Source: Alloascoidea hylecoeti (taxonomy: Eukaryota). Taken from it: a stretch of DNA of 64,000 nt. The notes beneath the pieces are model-generated. The model was not told the origin of the DNA. It saw only the letters and a list, made by a program, of their open reading frames with translations, and ran no database searches. Shown here piece after piece: positions 26,350-40,663 of this stretch (its first letter is position 1; each line of letters starts with the position of its first letter). The position numbers were made by a program, and so were the translations under genes. The stretch spans positions 165,622 through 229,621 of the forward strand of contig BCKZ01000011.1 of assembly GCA_001600815.1 (NCBI GenBank), in the 5' to 3' direction.

Positions 26350-27830
26350 ACTAATCACTGATTGGTTGCCACAGTTTTATTCCACCATGCCCGAAATTAT
26401 GATGAAGGCCATGGAAAAATTATGACCCACCACCGAGTACTTTACGATGAAACACTGCCCCTTACAGTAAGACTCACAGATCCAGACTTTCTCATGCCAT
26501 AAATATTTTGAAGTTCAAAGACTGATCTCACTTTCCACCAGCATATGGGTGCTTTCCAGACCCGCACCCGAATCCTGATCATGGCTAAATATTTGTCAAT
26601 TCTCCATGCTAGGCAATCCTGACTCCTGGAATTCCTGATGCCACTCCAATCTATATTTAGATTACATCATTCTGTTCCATCGACTCTTCTCTTCCAGAAG
26701 GGGCATTTTACGTGTCAAAATTATCTCGATACCCATGTTGTAGAAGTCTTGACCCTGTACTGCTGTTACATAATACATATAAACGTTAACCCTACACTTG
26801 TATGACTCTCAATCTTTAATTTCTCATATCCGGTTTTAATAAACGGCTTCCGAGGGAATTTGGATCATCAGATTCATGAGAATCATCAAAAGTTTTCAAA
26901 CCCCACGGAAAGTAACCACTCATGTATCTTTTCAATTACACAATGGCCTTACAAATTAGAGCCGTTGTATTTTAACTGCATATGCTTCTCATGTTCTAAT
27001 CTTAATTTTCTTCTTTGGTCATTTACATGCGTATTATTCAATGCAACGTCTATGACGTTAACCCAACTAATATTGCCCACAACAACCCCCCACTATGCAT
27101 AAACCAAAAAGAACTAAAACCTATAAACAAATTTCTTTATTTTCTATATAAAATGTAAATATCTTTAATGAAAAATAAGGAAATCTGGCAGTTATTCTTT
27201 TATAGATTTTAGAAGTTTTTGGTGTCGTTCATCTGTGGAAATACGTAAAGATGGAGGCATTTTATTCACCATTTCTAATGGATACAATCTCAAGTAACTC
27301 CAGAAGATGGCACATTCAAGCTTTGAAGTAGATTGGGTGCTTTGTGTGGTTCTGGCACATCTATGAAGTTAGCATTAATAGGATTCAAACATATGCAACA
27401 GATGAACACTTTTAGCAGCCTTCTCATCCAAAATCGAAAAAATCGGTCAACTAGTTCATATATATGAAATCTGTTTAGCTGTATTTCTCATCACTGCACT
27501 TCAAGAAATCCCTACTATATATTCTTTTTAAATATTTCTCTACCTTCAACGCTCAATTTAGTTTACGTGTACTCCTTATCTCAATCTATCAGATTCTGTC
27601 TTATATCCGATTTTAATAAACAGCTCATGAAGTGATTTCGTTCAATACAACCCACCAAAAGTAACTACTCATACTATGAGAGGTGCACAATGGCTTTATA
27701 TATTAAGATCCATGTATTTATTGCATATGCTTCTCATCTTAATTTGCTTGTGGTATAATTATAAGAGAAATTGCATACAAGCATATGCTCACATTGTTTT
27801 ATTATCAATTCTAACCCAACTAATACTAGA
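26350..27830 (-). mobile_element. Degenerate repeat relic with an internal diverged duplication (possible retroelement remnant)
   Basis: Higher GC than flanks and broken frames. 26822-27075 resembles 27600-27825 (ATATCCG.TTTTAATAAAC, AAAGTAAC.ACTCAT, TGCATATGCTTCTCAT, TAACCCAACTAATA). Confidence 0.35.
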
Positions 27831-29076
27831 ATCAGATTAGCTAAAAGCCTAAAATCCTAATAGAAGATTGCAGTATAGTTGAAGTGGGTATATTTATTAT
27901 CATAATTATATAGCTAGAGGTTTTTTGTTACCATCATTTTTATTAAGTGTGGAATTGAAATAGATTATCAAAGAATTTAAGGAAAACTTACGCGTATACG
28001 TAGTATAAGTTATATATTATACGATTCTAACGTAGGAACAGATCATGATATAAATCAAACTTATATTTCTTCTACCTCTCTATTAATCCGTTATGTTTCC
28101 CAATTTAATTCTTAAATCAAGATTTTTTCGATGTGGTGGGCATGAGTTTTTCTAGCACTTTTTTGATTCGGTTCTGGGTATTTGGGAGTCTCAGATTCTC
28201 ATTTTAACCTTGTTTATGGATTTTTCAGTAGTTAGATCTTCTATGGACTAACTTTCAAAGAACGCTCTTTATACCATGTGATTAAGACAATAACTTTTGT
28301 TCTATAATATATGGAGAGTTCTTTTAAGAAAGCTTGGTGATTAGATATTTCAATTAATTTATTTAATATACATACTACATTCAGTCCATCTTTAAAATTC
28401 ATGATGACCCTTGACTCACAAAATATATTAAATTCCGAGAATTTCAATCAAAATATTATAGCATACATTGGTAAATGGGCCAATAGATTTATGTGGATCA
28501 GGAACTTCAATATTTTCCTCATAAACTCCATAATATTATTAATTGATTTAACTTAACATTCTGGGATGGAAAAAATATAAAAAGCGCCGACTAGCCCAAA
28601 AATTATTCTGAAATGTTTTCATCAGATCTGATATATAAATAAATAACAACAAAAACAATTACAAGAGATAGCTATAAATTACATATATTATAAAAATATA
28701 TTAATGGATACCGGTATATAAAAAACCCACCTAATGTGGAAGGCTTACAATTTGAAAAACCAACAACAAATATAAATTATTGAAAATATTCTACGTAATC
28801 TCATCACTCTGATATCTCTGGATGATTGTTTGTAATCATTGTCTTTCCCCTCTTTCAAATTAAACAATGAATATTGGTTATAAATTTTACCGAGTTTTGT
28901 TCCTCTTATTATGTCGCATTTATGTTATTAATGGTAAGATTACTTACATACTGCATTACAACTGTAAATATCTATGGAAATTCAATCTCAAATAAATAAA
29001 AAAAAAGTAATCTAAACTCAACTTCAAGTTCAAAAAACCAATATATGATTTTTTAACATGAAATAATTAATCTAAA

Positions 29077-29322
29077 TTAAACTAAAATTCGATTCCTTAT
29101 CAATGATTTTGACTTCTGATATTCTTCAACAAAATCATTCTTCTTTTTGACCTTTTTGGGTTTTCTAAACTCACCAGTATGCGTAGACTTAAATCTTTTT
29201 AAACTCATCGCGATCGCTTTAGTAGAACCGCACTTTGGTTTTCCTTTGCAAGGAATAAACTGAGGAACTATGACTTGCCCTATTCGAACTATGTGAATCT
29301 GATTGTGATTGTTGCGAAACAT
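29077..29322 (-). CDS. Possible small basic protein (81 aa), function unknown
   Basis: ATG-initiated, Lys-rich ORF; no recognisable family. Confidence 0.25.
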   Translation of the reverse strand: MFRNNHNQIHIVRIGQVIVPQFIPCKGKPKCGSTKAIAMSLKRFKSTHTGEFRKPKKVKKKNDFVEEYQKSKSLIRNRILV

Positions 29323-29626
29323 ATTTTATCCGTAAATTACAATTACAATTTCCGGGATATATTTAACTTTCCGTTCATTGGGTGGAACATGCATCCTTGA
29401 ATTTTGATTGAAGCCAATTGTCAAAGTTCAATTTGCCGACCGTATACACATACGAAAGTGACTAAATTGTCTCCCCAATACGGCGAATTCAGAGTGGAAA
29501 AACTGTAAATTAATTTATAAATGTTGTTTGCATGCAATTGTTTTGTTATATACAACTATATAGTATACATTTCTAGATTTTATTATACAACGAATATGCT
29601 ACATACTTATATTAATAATATTATTA

Positions 29627-32600
29627 TTAATTAGAAGATATTTCATTCGTAATCGTCTTTGTCGATATAATGTTAGAATTTGCATTACCATTTGAATTTC
29701 CATTGGATTTATGATTAATATCATTATTTTTAAATAATTCAGAAACTTTTGAACGTAATGATTTTTGATCAGATTTAATTATATCAATTAAAGGAATATT
29801 GTAAAGTTCTTCATATTTCTCAGGCATTTTATGTTTACAATAACATTTATGACATTGAAATTGAAATGAATATTGAAGTGGTGAATTTTCATCATGATTA
29901 TTAGGAACTGGCCACCAAATCGGACTAATATCACAATCACATTCAATACATTTCTTTTCAATTAGAGTTTTATTATTAATTTCATTAAATTTGGTTTCTG
30001 TCAGCTCATCTTTAATTTGTAATTGATCATTTAAATCTAAATCTAAATTTAAATTTAAATTTTTTATTTCTTTTTCAACTTCTTTAAACGCTTTTGCTCT
30101 CCCTAAACAACCAGGTTCAAAGTTTTCTTCTGTTTTATAAATTTTTAAATATAATTCCATAATTGATGTACCATCATTATCAATAGCATTAAAAGGATAA
30201 AATTTATCCCATCGATAATCTTTATGATCTGGACAAATTGAAACTGGTTTTAATAAACCTAATTCATTTCCAAATTTAATTATAAATTTAGATTGTTCTT
30301 TTTTTTCCTTTTCACTTTTATTTTCATTTGATAATGATTTTAATAATGTAAAACTAAAACCTAAAACATATTTTTCCTTTTGGGCACAACCAATATGAAA
30401 TTTATGATTACAAATATCACAAGATGAACAAGCTCCATTATCAGTTTCACAAATACAACAACGATGATTTAATACTGAAATTGGTATTCTATGAATTCCA
30501 CAAATGGGTTGTAAAGTATCGGAATTTCCAAATTTAACCAATGGTTGATATAAAGCACAAAGAACATGACACCAATTATTATCAAATGTACGTTTTAAGG
30601 CATCTGGTATTGCTTTAATATCACCATGTATTGATTTATCATGATCTGTTTCCCTTGCAGGGCATAAAACACAAGAATATAATGTCGGTAATGAAGGATA
30701 AATATCATTACTACAAATATCACATATCCATTTTCTTGGTTCTGTAGCATCAATATCTTTACAACCATAACAGTAAGTGTGAACATTAACCCCACAATTA
30801 TTACAAATCAACATTTTATTAATTGGTTCAATAGTTCTGCAGACACTACATGGTCTTTGAGATGGTTCAAAAGGAAGTTTATAAGCAGTTCGTAGTTGGC
30901 TTGTAAATGTTCTTTGTTTGTAAGGCCTCTTTTCATATATGTCTTTTGAAGAAGCATTCATAAGAGGTGATGATGAGTTTGGAGTTCTATTTCCATCGAA
31001 AACTTTTTCCATAGAAGGAGTATATGGAGCATGTTCTTGTTCCACTTGTAAAACTTGTTCCTGTTCAGATTCAAGTTTAACTTTGGATTCTACAAGTCCA
31101 TGTTCATCGGTAGTAACAGTGATTGATGATGGATCTAATTCAGATTCAGTATTTTCATCATCTTCATCCAAATCCATTGATACAGAAGATTCTATTCCAT
31201 AATCCTTTATTTGCTTAGATCTCTTTCTTGGTTTCTTTTTCTCTTTTTCTTTCTTTCCATTTTTATTTACCTCAATTTCTGATTTAACTCTCTTCCGTCT
31301 TCTTCTAGTTTTCACCACAGGAACTGGTGATATTGATGAATTAGCAGAAGATCTTTTCTCGATAATTGAAGAAGATGTTTTAATGCATTTCCTTTTACTA
31401 TCGTCAGATAAATCATCAGATGATGATCTTTTATTATCATTATTATTATCACTTTTACTACCATTTGATTTATAACGTTTTCTACTAGATTCAGATTGAT
31501 CTCTTTCAGAAAGAATTGAAATTGCATCTTCAACTAATTCTTCTTCAAGTTTTCTTTTCCAACCACCACCACCACGTTGATTCATTTTTTTAGTGACATC
31601 TTGTGGATCTTCCCATAAAACAGCATATAATCTCCATAAACGTGCACATCTAAAACATAAAGCAATAATAGGATCAGATTCAGCAATTGGATAACCAGGT
31701 GCTCGCTTCCATTGGATTGATTTTGTTGTTTTACAATGTTTGCAAATAAAATTTCTTTTAACTTTTTTAGCTTTATTTAAATCATAATCTGAATCATCAT
31801 CACTATTTGCAACATTATCAACAAGTCCTTTATATTTTATTTCAGGAATTTCATCTTTTATTATTAATGGCGATGTTGATGATGATTCAATTTCTTTTTC
31901 AATTAATTTTGGATTTTTCTTTTTTTTCTTTCTACCATCATAATTACCCCAAATATTCCAACCATTTGGAGTTTTTTTCCAAAGATAATAATACCGTACA
32001 ATATTTGCAGATGATTGAGTTTTAACATATTGATGAACAGGATGTAATTCACTACCATGTAATTTAACAGCTTCTTCAAATCTTTTCTTTTCAATTTTTG
32101 AAAATGTTGGTTCTTTTAATGATTTTCTTGTATATTTTGAAACTTTTTCTAATGCTTCAATTTCATTATAATTACAATCCATATAATCTTTTAAACATTT
32201 ATCAATAAAATTTGGAGTTGTTTTAATAATATTTAATTTTTCTGCTTGTGGTTCAGCTTTTTTTAAAAAAATATCAATTTGATTTTGATTTTTTAAATTT
32301 GATGGAACTTTCCACATTAATGTTGATGTATCATCACCACCTCTTTCAATATAACCAAAAGGTTTTTCTTGAAACCATGGTGGTTTTTCACCATTTTCTT
32401 CAATTATTTTTGCAACTTTTTTAGTTGCTTCTGCAATTTTTAATGATGTTGCAGAATTTGATCCATAATCATGGTAATTTGTATTACCAGTAGTTTTTTT
32501 CCTACCACCTGCACCACCTCTTTTCCCAGATTTTTTCTTTTTTGATTCATAATAAATAACAGATCTTCCAGGCCAATCAATAACTTCATTAACTTGATGT

Positions 32601-34275
32601 TTTGGACCAATTCTTGTAACTGCTTTTGGAAAAATTCTACTATCAACTTCAAGTATATCTTCAAAAGTACTATGCATACCTTGATATCTTGATGGCCACA
32701 TATTTAATAAATGAATTTGTTCTTTTGATAAAGGTTTAAGTTTTGTTTTATATGCTTCTTCTAAAATTTGATATTTTGACATTAAACCACTTTCAATTTC
32801 TTCATCAATTAAATTTTTTTGATTATTATCTTGTTGAAGTTCATCATCAATTTCTTCATCTCTTTCTTTATCTTCATCATCATCATCTCCACCTAAAATA
32901 TCAGAAGAAACTTGTTTTAATATTGAAGCAGTTCTACTACTAGTAAGACCTAAATTTTCTTGTAATTTATCTTCAAATTTTTTATTACAAGCAGCACAAG
33001 ACCAACCAAAACCTCTCGAAGGTTTTTTTAATAAAGGAGGATTTAAACAATTCATATGATAAGTTTTTTTACAATCAACACATTGTATTGAATCATCAGG
33101 TGAACACCAATTATCACAATTTATACAAGTTTTTGGTTTTGATATTAATTCCTTTCCCTTACCATTTTCAATAAAAATATATTTACATCTCTGAATTAAT
33201 AAATTATAATAATTTTTTGGCATATTTATTGCATCTTTTGATAATAAAACATCATATAATCGAATCATATATTTATCATATAATTTATCGAACCAAAAAT
33301 GATGTGGTAATTTTCGATATGTAGTCAAATTCTCAATATCTGATTTATGTTTTATTGTACATTTACCTCTTATTGATTGTAATGGACATATATCTGAATG
33401 CATTGTAGCGTATAATAATCTTGAATCGTTTGCTCTTCTTGAAATATCCCGAGGACGATAAAACCAATTTACTCTAACCATAAAATTTTCAACATCATTT
33501 AGGGATTTCTTTTTAGTTGAAGAAGTAGGATTTAATATTGAGGAGATTGTATTACTATTTTTAATGCTTTTATTGCTATTGCTATTATTATTTTTATCAT
33601 TACCATTGATATTGGTATTATTTAAATCAGACTTATGTGGAGTTGGCATCGTTGCGCTTGTATTGTTGTTAATATGTTCTTTTCTAACGAATTCCATAAT
33701 TCTTCCAATATAATATGGCTCCCCGGCTGGTTCTGAGACCAAATAAATATGTTCTGAATATATTGGTTAGCTTTAAACAATGAGCGGACATAAAAAATAA
33801 AAAAATAAAAAAGAGAGAAGAAGAGGAAAATAGTCTTACCATTAGGAGACAATTTAGATCCATTATTCATATAGAGAATCCCATCATCATGGACTGTGGC
33901 ACCTTCAAGATCCAGTAAGTTTGAGAATTTCTCATTCTCGGTTATGGACATCTTTTGCCAGTTAAGAGGAACATTCGAATCATGACCGGAAACACAAGAA
34001 GAGAAATTATTTGAAAAATTAGAATTTGAATTAGCAGAAGATAAACTATCATCATTTTTAGTATTTATTTGTCTACGATGATAAGGTCGTTTTGTTTTTT
34101 GTTTTATCGTTGTTGTTGTTCCATTTCCTGAACTTATATTTCCATTACTATTACCATGCCCAGAAGATTGCTTCTTACCTTGAGAAGGAGAATCTGAAGA
34201 TCTTGAATTCTGTTGATTGTTGTTATTTCTTGCCCTCACACTCCTTCTCGGCCTTTCTGAAGTAAATTCTGACAT
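29627..34275 (-). CDS. SNT2: Snt2-like chromatin protein (BAH, PHD, ELM2-SANT, GATA-like Zn finger, PHD/ePHD); exons 34275-33840, 33753-29627
   Basis: BAH 'SEPAGEPYYIGRIMEF...VNWFYRPRDI', several Cys/His PHD fingers, SANT 'VRYYYLWKKT'. 86-nt intron GTAAGA..GCTAAC..CAG keeps frame. Confidence 0.9.
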
Positions 34276-34829
34276 TTATTTAATTAATTTTTTTTTTCCT
34301 TGATATAATACAATAGGACAAAAAGAAGGTTGGTATTTCAGGTAAATAATTTAACTTGTAATATGTACCAAATGACTTCCGGAACCTGGCATGAGAAACA
34401 TACGGAACAATTTTTGATAATTTTCATACACCAACAAAATATGCATCTGAATCCGAAGAACACGCACAGATGCCTGGATATTTGAAATGACATGTTGTAT
34501 CATACATTTCAGACAATATTTAAAAGAAATTCTTGGTGGATAGGTTATCTTCTTTCGGCCCACCACATATGCAATATTCGGCCCCTGTTGCCACATGCGG
34601 ACTGCTATGCAGGCAATTTATTACTGTTCTGGGACATTCCTGCATGTGTCTTGTACGACGGAAGTATATTTTACCGCTGGTGATAAGCCATACCATAAAT
34701 TGCGTTATCTAAACGAGAATAGACGTATATTTTTTATATCAGTATTTATTTCTTCCGTTTTTCCCTCCTGTTTTTCTTCTTCTTCATTTCATATCATTCT
34801 ATTATTTTCTGTCACTATTGGATTTATAA

Positions 34830-36242
34830 ATGAGGACAACGGGAAGCATAGGAGTGGCTGACGGTCTCCTTCCTTTTGATTTTTATTCTCAAGATATATA
34901 TAATCTTAAGCTTGCCTCTACTGTTACCTCAAATTTGGATTTGCATAGGTGTAATAAAACAGACACTACTTCTCCTGATCAAAACTACACAGTGTTAGGC
35001 GAAAAAACAATAGAGACACTTCTATCGCCTGTCATTTCTCAAAACATGTGTCACAATCATAACAACCCTTTTGAAATAGCCCCAGTCCTTTGCATTCTAG
35101 ATTCTTCTCTATCATTACAAGACTCTAAAATGTATGCGAATATTGCAACTGATAATGTTGATGATACTCAGCATCATGTGACGGACTTGAATATAAATGA
35201 TCATAATGTGGGGCCAATTTATAATATTCAACAACAATTACAATCCGAAGATGCCATTTATAACTGTGATTATTATGACCGTATAACGACGACGCCTGCA
35301 GCCAACCCTAAAGAAAATCCTAAAGAAAAGTCTCATCTTCATGAAACATTAATTTTTGATTATGCAGAAAAAACATCAAATAATAATAACCGTTTTTCTT
35401 TAAATCATAATAATTATAAACCCGCGGCCACTGAACTAACCGCTCTAAATTCACATTTACATTTAAATTTAAATTCAATTACTAAATTTAAACCATCTTC
35501 TCCTATTATCATAAGAGATGGATTTGATCATGATGATGATTATTCATCATTACAAGATTCTTCTTATTATTCAGATTTAACAAATTCTCCATGTACTATG
35601 ATTTCAAATCCTGTCAAATGGTCAAATACAATAATGATTGCTGAAAATTTTGGTAATAATTTTAATAAATCAAATAATGTTATAACTAATACATCTTCTA
35701 GTACAACAACAACAAGTAAGAGATCAAGTTCAAGTTCAAGTAATATTAATATTAGTATTAATATTAAAGAAAGTGATCATGAAATTTCAAAAAGATTACA
35801 ATTACAATTACCATTAAATTCAAATTTAAAAAATGAAGAAAAACCATATGATTCATCATCAATTTCGAGTTCAATTTTTGTTAAAACAAATGTAAAAGAT
35901 TCATTTTATTTAAAATCAAAAGCACATTTAAATATTAGTAAAGTTTCAATTATAACTAATTCAACATTAATTAATGATGATATATCATTAAATAAAAATA
36001 AAATTATTTTTCATGAAAATTCAAATACAAATTTAAATGATTATAATGATAATGATCAAACTATTTATAATGAAGATTTAATTGATAAAAATATCATTAA
36101 TAGAACTTCTTCAATAACAAATAAAGTTAAAAAAATTAGTAAAGATATACAAATTGATAGTATTAAGTCTCTCAGAAAGAGACAATTAACTTCAAATTTA
36201 AAACAACTTTTATCTCCTTATAATTGGTTTAAACGGGATTAA
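34830..36242 (+). CDS. Orphan Asn/Ser-rich low-complexity protein (470 aa)
   Basis: Long uninterrupted ORF with genome-typical AT-rich codon use; no domain recognised. Confidence 0.6.
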   Translation: MRTTGSIGVADGLLPFDFYSQDIYNLKLASTVTSNLDLHRCNKTDTTSPDQNYTVLGEKTIETLLSPVISQNMCHNHNNPFEIAPVLCILDSSLSLQDSKMYANIATDNVDDTQHHVTDLNINDHNVGPIYNIQQQLQSEDAIYNCDYYDRITTTPAANPKENPKEKSHLHETLIFDYAEKTSNNNNRFSLNHNNYKPAATELTALNSHLHLNLNSITKFKPSSPIIIRDGFDHDDDYSSLQDSSYYSDLTNSPCTMISNPVKWSNTIMIAENFGNNFNKSNNVITNTSSSTTTTSKRSSSSSSNINISINIKESDHEISKRLQLQLPLNSNLKNEEKPYDSSSISSSIFVKTNVKDSFYLKSKAHLNISKVSIITNSTLINDDISLNKNKIIFHENSNTNLNDYNDNDQTIYNEDLIDKNIINRTSSITNKVKKISKDIQIDSIKSLRKRQLTSNLKQLLSPYNWFKRD

Positions 36243-36812
36243 TCCGATTCTTTTTTTTTTTNTTTTTTTTTGTTTTTTTTTTTGTTTTTTGTTTCATTTT
36301 CATTTTATTTATATAAACATTTGGGCTCAGGGTTATTCAATAACGTAGATAGGTATAAAGTTATATTTTTATATTCATTTTTTTTTTTTTAATTTAAAAT
36401 TAAATATTGTTTTTTTGTTCATTGGTATATACAAATTTTGAATTTTAAGGGTTAAAAATTACCATCATAGTTATCTATCTTATCATTTCTATCAGAGGAC
36501 ACGTATATTTTACGATATATTGGTAGTTAAAATGAGCAAATATCATACATTAATGATACATTTTCCGGATATTTATCCTGATAATGCAGAAATAAAAGAT
36601 TAAATATTTATTTATTTTCAAACATCCATACACCCGAGATTTTGAGATTCACTTTGGCCCATCTTACACAATTATGCATTGTTCAAACAACCCCATAATA
36701 AAAAACAACAACGAACCTTTTTTTAGGATTATTAAATTAATCTAAGGAAACGAGTGGTTTATAATAATTTACTTTATTAGGAAATAAGGAAAAAAATATT
36801 AATTATCAAAAC

Positions 36813-38294
36813 ATGACCTCTTCAGCTTTACCAATAGTACCAATGGAAAGAGGTGTACCTGATATACCAGGTGAACGAATTCCTCATCATATATATTTGA
36901 TATTGAAAAACAAAATAGCGAAATTACTACGTACACATAGAGGTGATTTTCCCGGTATGTTACAAAATTTTTAATTCATTGCCTCGGAAAACTAATATTT
37001 TTATTTAGGTTCTCAACCCGTTTCTATGACACGTTCAAATCTTCAACAATTATTCAATCATGATTATTTTGTTTGTGAGAAATCAGATGGATTGAGATGC
37101 TTATTATATACTGTTGGTGTTGAAGGTAATGAGAATGTTTTTCTTATTACACGAAATGATGAATATTTTAGAATTCCTTATATGCATTTTCCAACTCAAG
37201 AAAATGCAGTGGATTTCCATTCAGAAGGTACTTTAATCGATGGTGAATTAATATATGGTTATCAAAGTGATGGTTCAATGGAATTACAATATTTAATTTT
37301 TGATTGTTTAGCAATTAATGGTAGAAGCATAATTTCAAGACCATTAGATCGAAGACTTGGTTATGCAATGGAATCATTATTTAGACCACATGAGAAATTA
37401 AGAACTTTATATCCAGAAGATTGTTCAATGTTCCCATTTAAAGTATTATTTAAAGAAATGAAATTTTCTTATGATGTTAAAAAAGTATTTGATGCAATAC
37501 CTAAGTTAAAACATATTTCAGATGGTTTAATTTTTACATGTTGTGAAACTCCTTATGTTATTGGTAGTGATGAAACATTAATGAAATGGAAACCTGCTGA
37601 AGAAAATACAATTGATTTTAGATTAATTTTAAAATTTCCTGTTTTTATTGATGAAGAATTAAATCCAAATGATGAAGATTATTCTTATGTTGATTATGAT
37701 ACAAAACCAAAATTTCATTTATATTCTTGGGAAGGTAAAAATAATGATAAATATTTTGATGAGTTATTTGTTACTGATGAAGAATGGGAAGAATTGAAAA
37801 ATTTACAAGAACCTTTAGATGCGAGAGTTGTTGAATGTTATAAAGATAAAGAAAATCGTTGGAGATATTTAAGATTTAGAGACGATAAATTAAATGGTAA
37901 TCATTCATCCGTTGTTGAAAAAGTTTTAACAAGTATACGAGATTGTGTTAGTAAACAAGAACTTCTTGATTCTGCTGAAGGGATTAGAAATAGAAGTATT
38001 CAAAGAAAACAAGAAAGACGGAATAATCCAAGAAGTTCAGTACCACATAATGGTACCGCTCGACATTCTGTTTCTTCATCTGTTGATACGTCGCAACAAT
38101 CACAATCGCAACGAAAAACACAACCTCAACCGGCCAATACAAGGTCTTCAATATCACAGAATGGTAGTCTACATGAGATAGCTGATGCTTTACCATCACA
38201 ATCACCAGTCGCTGGAACTTCAGCCAGTGTGAATGATAAAAGGTCCGGAGAATATTCCACTGATGAAGTTTCTAAACGAAGAAGAGGGGAATAG
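36813..38294 (+). CDS. CEG1: mRNA capping enzyme guanylyltransferase; exons 36813-36954, 37009-38294
   Basis: FPGSQPVS across the splice junction, motif I KSDGLR, DGEL, DGLIF, KWKP, RDDK. 54-nt intron GTATGT..ACTAAT..TAG. Confidence 0.96.
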
Positions 38295-39264
38295 ATTAAA
38301 CCATGATATAGATATCTATGGGCGCTTGTGTAATTATAACTGTAGTATTATACCTATCTTCTTTCTTGTGAATAAATTTTATTGGACATTATTATAACGC
38401 GTTTTATTATTATTAGTTGATGTCGTCATATATTTTCAGCTAATAGATAATTTAAGCGATTTTTATTGAAATTTTATAATTCATATGTTTGAGTTTGAGT
38501 ACTATAGAATAGGTAGTTAGTGGTTTTATGAAATTGTTTGAGAATTCACCAATTAGAATGTTGTTGTAATTCTATAAATACAATCAATAATGAGAGGCAT
38601 AAATAGAAAAAAATATATAAATAGTCTGATATAATTTATAAAGTATGGTTCACATGTTAAAACTTAACTGTCTACCCTAGATATCCTTACAAGAATGTGT
38701 TTGGGTAAATTATTATCTAAAAAGAAGCTCCTGATTCATGTCTTTGTCGTGCATTAACAAACCCGATCGCAACGGAACATTATCTAACCACAGCAGCAGA
38801 TAGATATATAGGTTAAAACCGATCTAAAAACAATCCACATACCACATTTTGGACCTTTGCGGATATTTGTCTTACCCGTTAGCTCCTATGTCTAGTATTA
38901 ACTATAGCTATACCAGATTTATGCTATGCCCTACACTTATACCACGGCCTAGTATATGAAACAATAAGATCTAGAGTTTATACTAGGATCATATACACAT
39001 GCTATAATTTGAACTTTGAATTTTGAACATTTGAATCTCAATCAAAAACTGTAAGATCCCAATTTTTGTTACAACTTCATTGTAATTGAAATATAAAATT
39101 GATTTTAAAATCAGATATAAAGGGTAAGAACAATCACAAATCCAAAAATGATACGATTTATTGTTTAACAGAATGATATTTAATTTATCATGCAAATTTC
39201 TATATTTTGACCAATTCTCGTGATAAACATGTGATAATAAAAATCACCTTATTAACTTATTAAC

Positions 39265-39281
39265 CTGAACGAATTAAACGA
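39265..39281 (-). promoter_or_regulatory. Tandem Upc2/Ecm22-type sterol elements (TCGTTCAG, TCGTTTA) upstream of ERG3
   Basis: CTGAACGA at 39265-39272 and TAAACGA at 39275-39281, about 310 bp upstream of the ATG. Confidence 0.5.
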
Positions 39282-39589
39282 AAATAAAGTAATAAAATGT
39301 TACGATTGAAACCGCAAGCCGTTATGGCCGTCACATTAATAAGAATCAGTCCATTTTTATTATATGGCTTTAATTTGTTATTTGTTATTTTTCATCCGTT
39401 TACTTTCCGATGGATATACAATTTTAAGTATATTTAAGCGTTGAAAGTTGCACTTTTTTTCTTATCATAATTACTTACTTATTTATTTTTCATAAATCAG
39501 CTAGATTTATAATTATTCTTGTTTTAATTGAAATTTTTACAAAAAAAGAATCGAAAAAAAAAAAAGATTGCTTTCAATTAAAATTAATT

Positions 39590-40663
39590 ATGGATATTGT
39601 CTTGGAGTTTTTAGATACTTTGGTCTTTGATCATTTATATGCACAATTATTTCCTGCAACAACAGCTAAACATATACCAGAATCAATTTCAAAAACTCTT
39701 CATGTTGGGAATTTCACTGAACATTATTCAACAAGTTTTTTAGATGATCCAGAAACTTATAAACATTTTTATGGATTATCACCAGTATTTTTTCAATCAT
39801 CACCATATATGAATAGATCAATGTTTGGTAGAGATAATATTTTTAGACAATTATTGTCATTATGGATTACTGTTACGATATTTGGCTGGATCCTATATCT
39901 TAGTTGTGCAACATTTTCTTATACTTTTATATTTGATAAAAGAACTTTTAATCATCCAAAATATTTAAAAAATCAAGTTAAACTTGAAATTAAATTAGCA
40001 CTTTCTGCAATACCTGTTATGTCAATAATGACAATTCCATGGTTTGTTTTAGAGATTAGAGGTCATGGTAAACTATTTTGGGATATTAATCAATGGGGTA
40101 TGACATATTTTATATTACAATTTCCATTGTTTATAATGTTTACAGATTGTGGTATTTATTTCCTTCATAGATGGTTACATGTTCCATGGGTTTATAAACA
40201 TTTACATAAACCTCATCATAAATGGATTATTTGTACACCATTTGCTTCTCATTCTTTCCACCCAATTGATGGTTATTTTCAATCATTACCTTATCATATC
40301 TTCCCATTTTTCTTCCCATTACATAAAATTGCTTACTTATGTTTATTCTGCGCTGTTAATTTTTGGACTGTTTTAATTCATGATGGGAAATTCTTAACTA
40401 GAAATCCTTGGGTTAATGGTACTGCCTGTCATACAGTTCATCATCTTTATTTCAATTATAATTATGGACAATTTACAACTCTTTGGGATTGGCTTGGTGG
40501 TTCATATAGAGCAGCAGAAAGAGAACTTTGGGATGAAGATTTAAGAAATACAAAAACTGCTTTGGCTAAAACATGTGCTGAAATGGAAACCATTAGAATG
40601 GAAGTTGAAGAAGAAGATGATCAAAGAGATTATGTGTCTAGTACTTCTTCAAAGTTAGATTAA
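39590..40663 (+). CDS. ERG3: Sterol C-5 desaturase
   Basis: Histidine boxes HRWLH, HKPHH, HDG, HTVHHLYFNYNYGQF; N-terminus MDIVLE. Confidence 0.97.
   Translation: MDIVLEFLDTLVFDHLYAQLFPATTAKHIPESISKTLHVGNFTEHYSTSFLDDPETYKHFYGLSPVFFQSSPYMNRSMFGRDNIFRQLLSLWITVTIFGWILYLSCATFSYTFIFDKRTFNHPKYLKNQVKLEIKLALSAIPVMSIMTIPWFVLEIRGHGKLFWDINQWGMTYFILQFPLFIMFTDCGIYFLHRWLHVPWVYKHLHKPHHKWIICTPFASHSFHPIDGYFQSLPYHIFPFFFPLHKIAYLCLFCAVNFWTVLIHDGKFLTRNPWVNGTACHTVHHLYFNYNYGQFTTLWDWLGGSYRAAERELWDEDLRNTKTALAKTCAEMETIRMEVEEEDDQRDYVSSTSSKLD

Noticed and set aside
38655..38963. GC-elevated TG...CA segment between CEG1 and ERG3 as a solo LTR
   Set aside because: No TSD and no repeat support.
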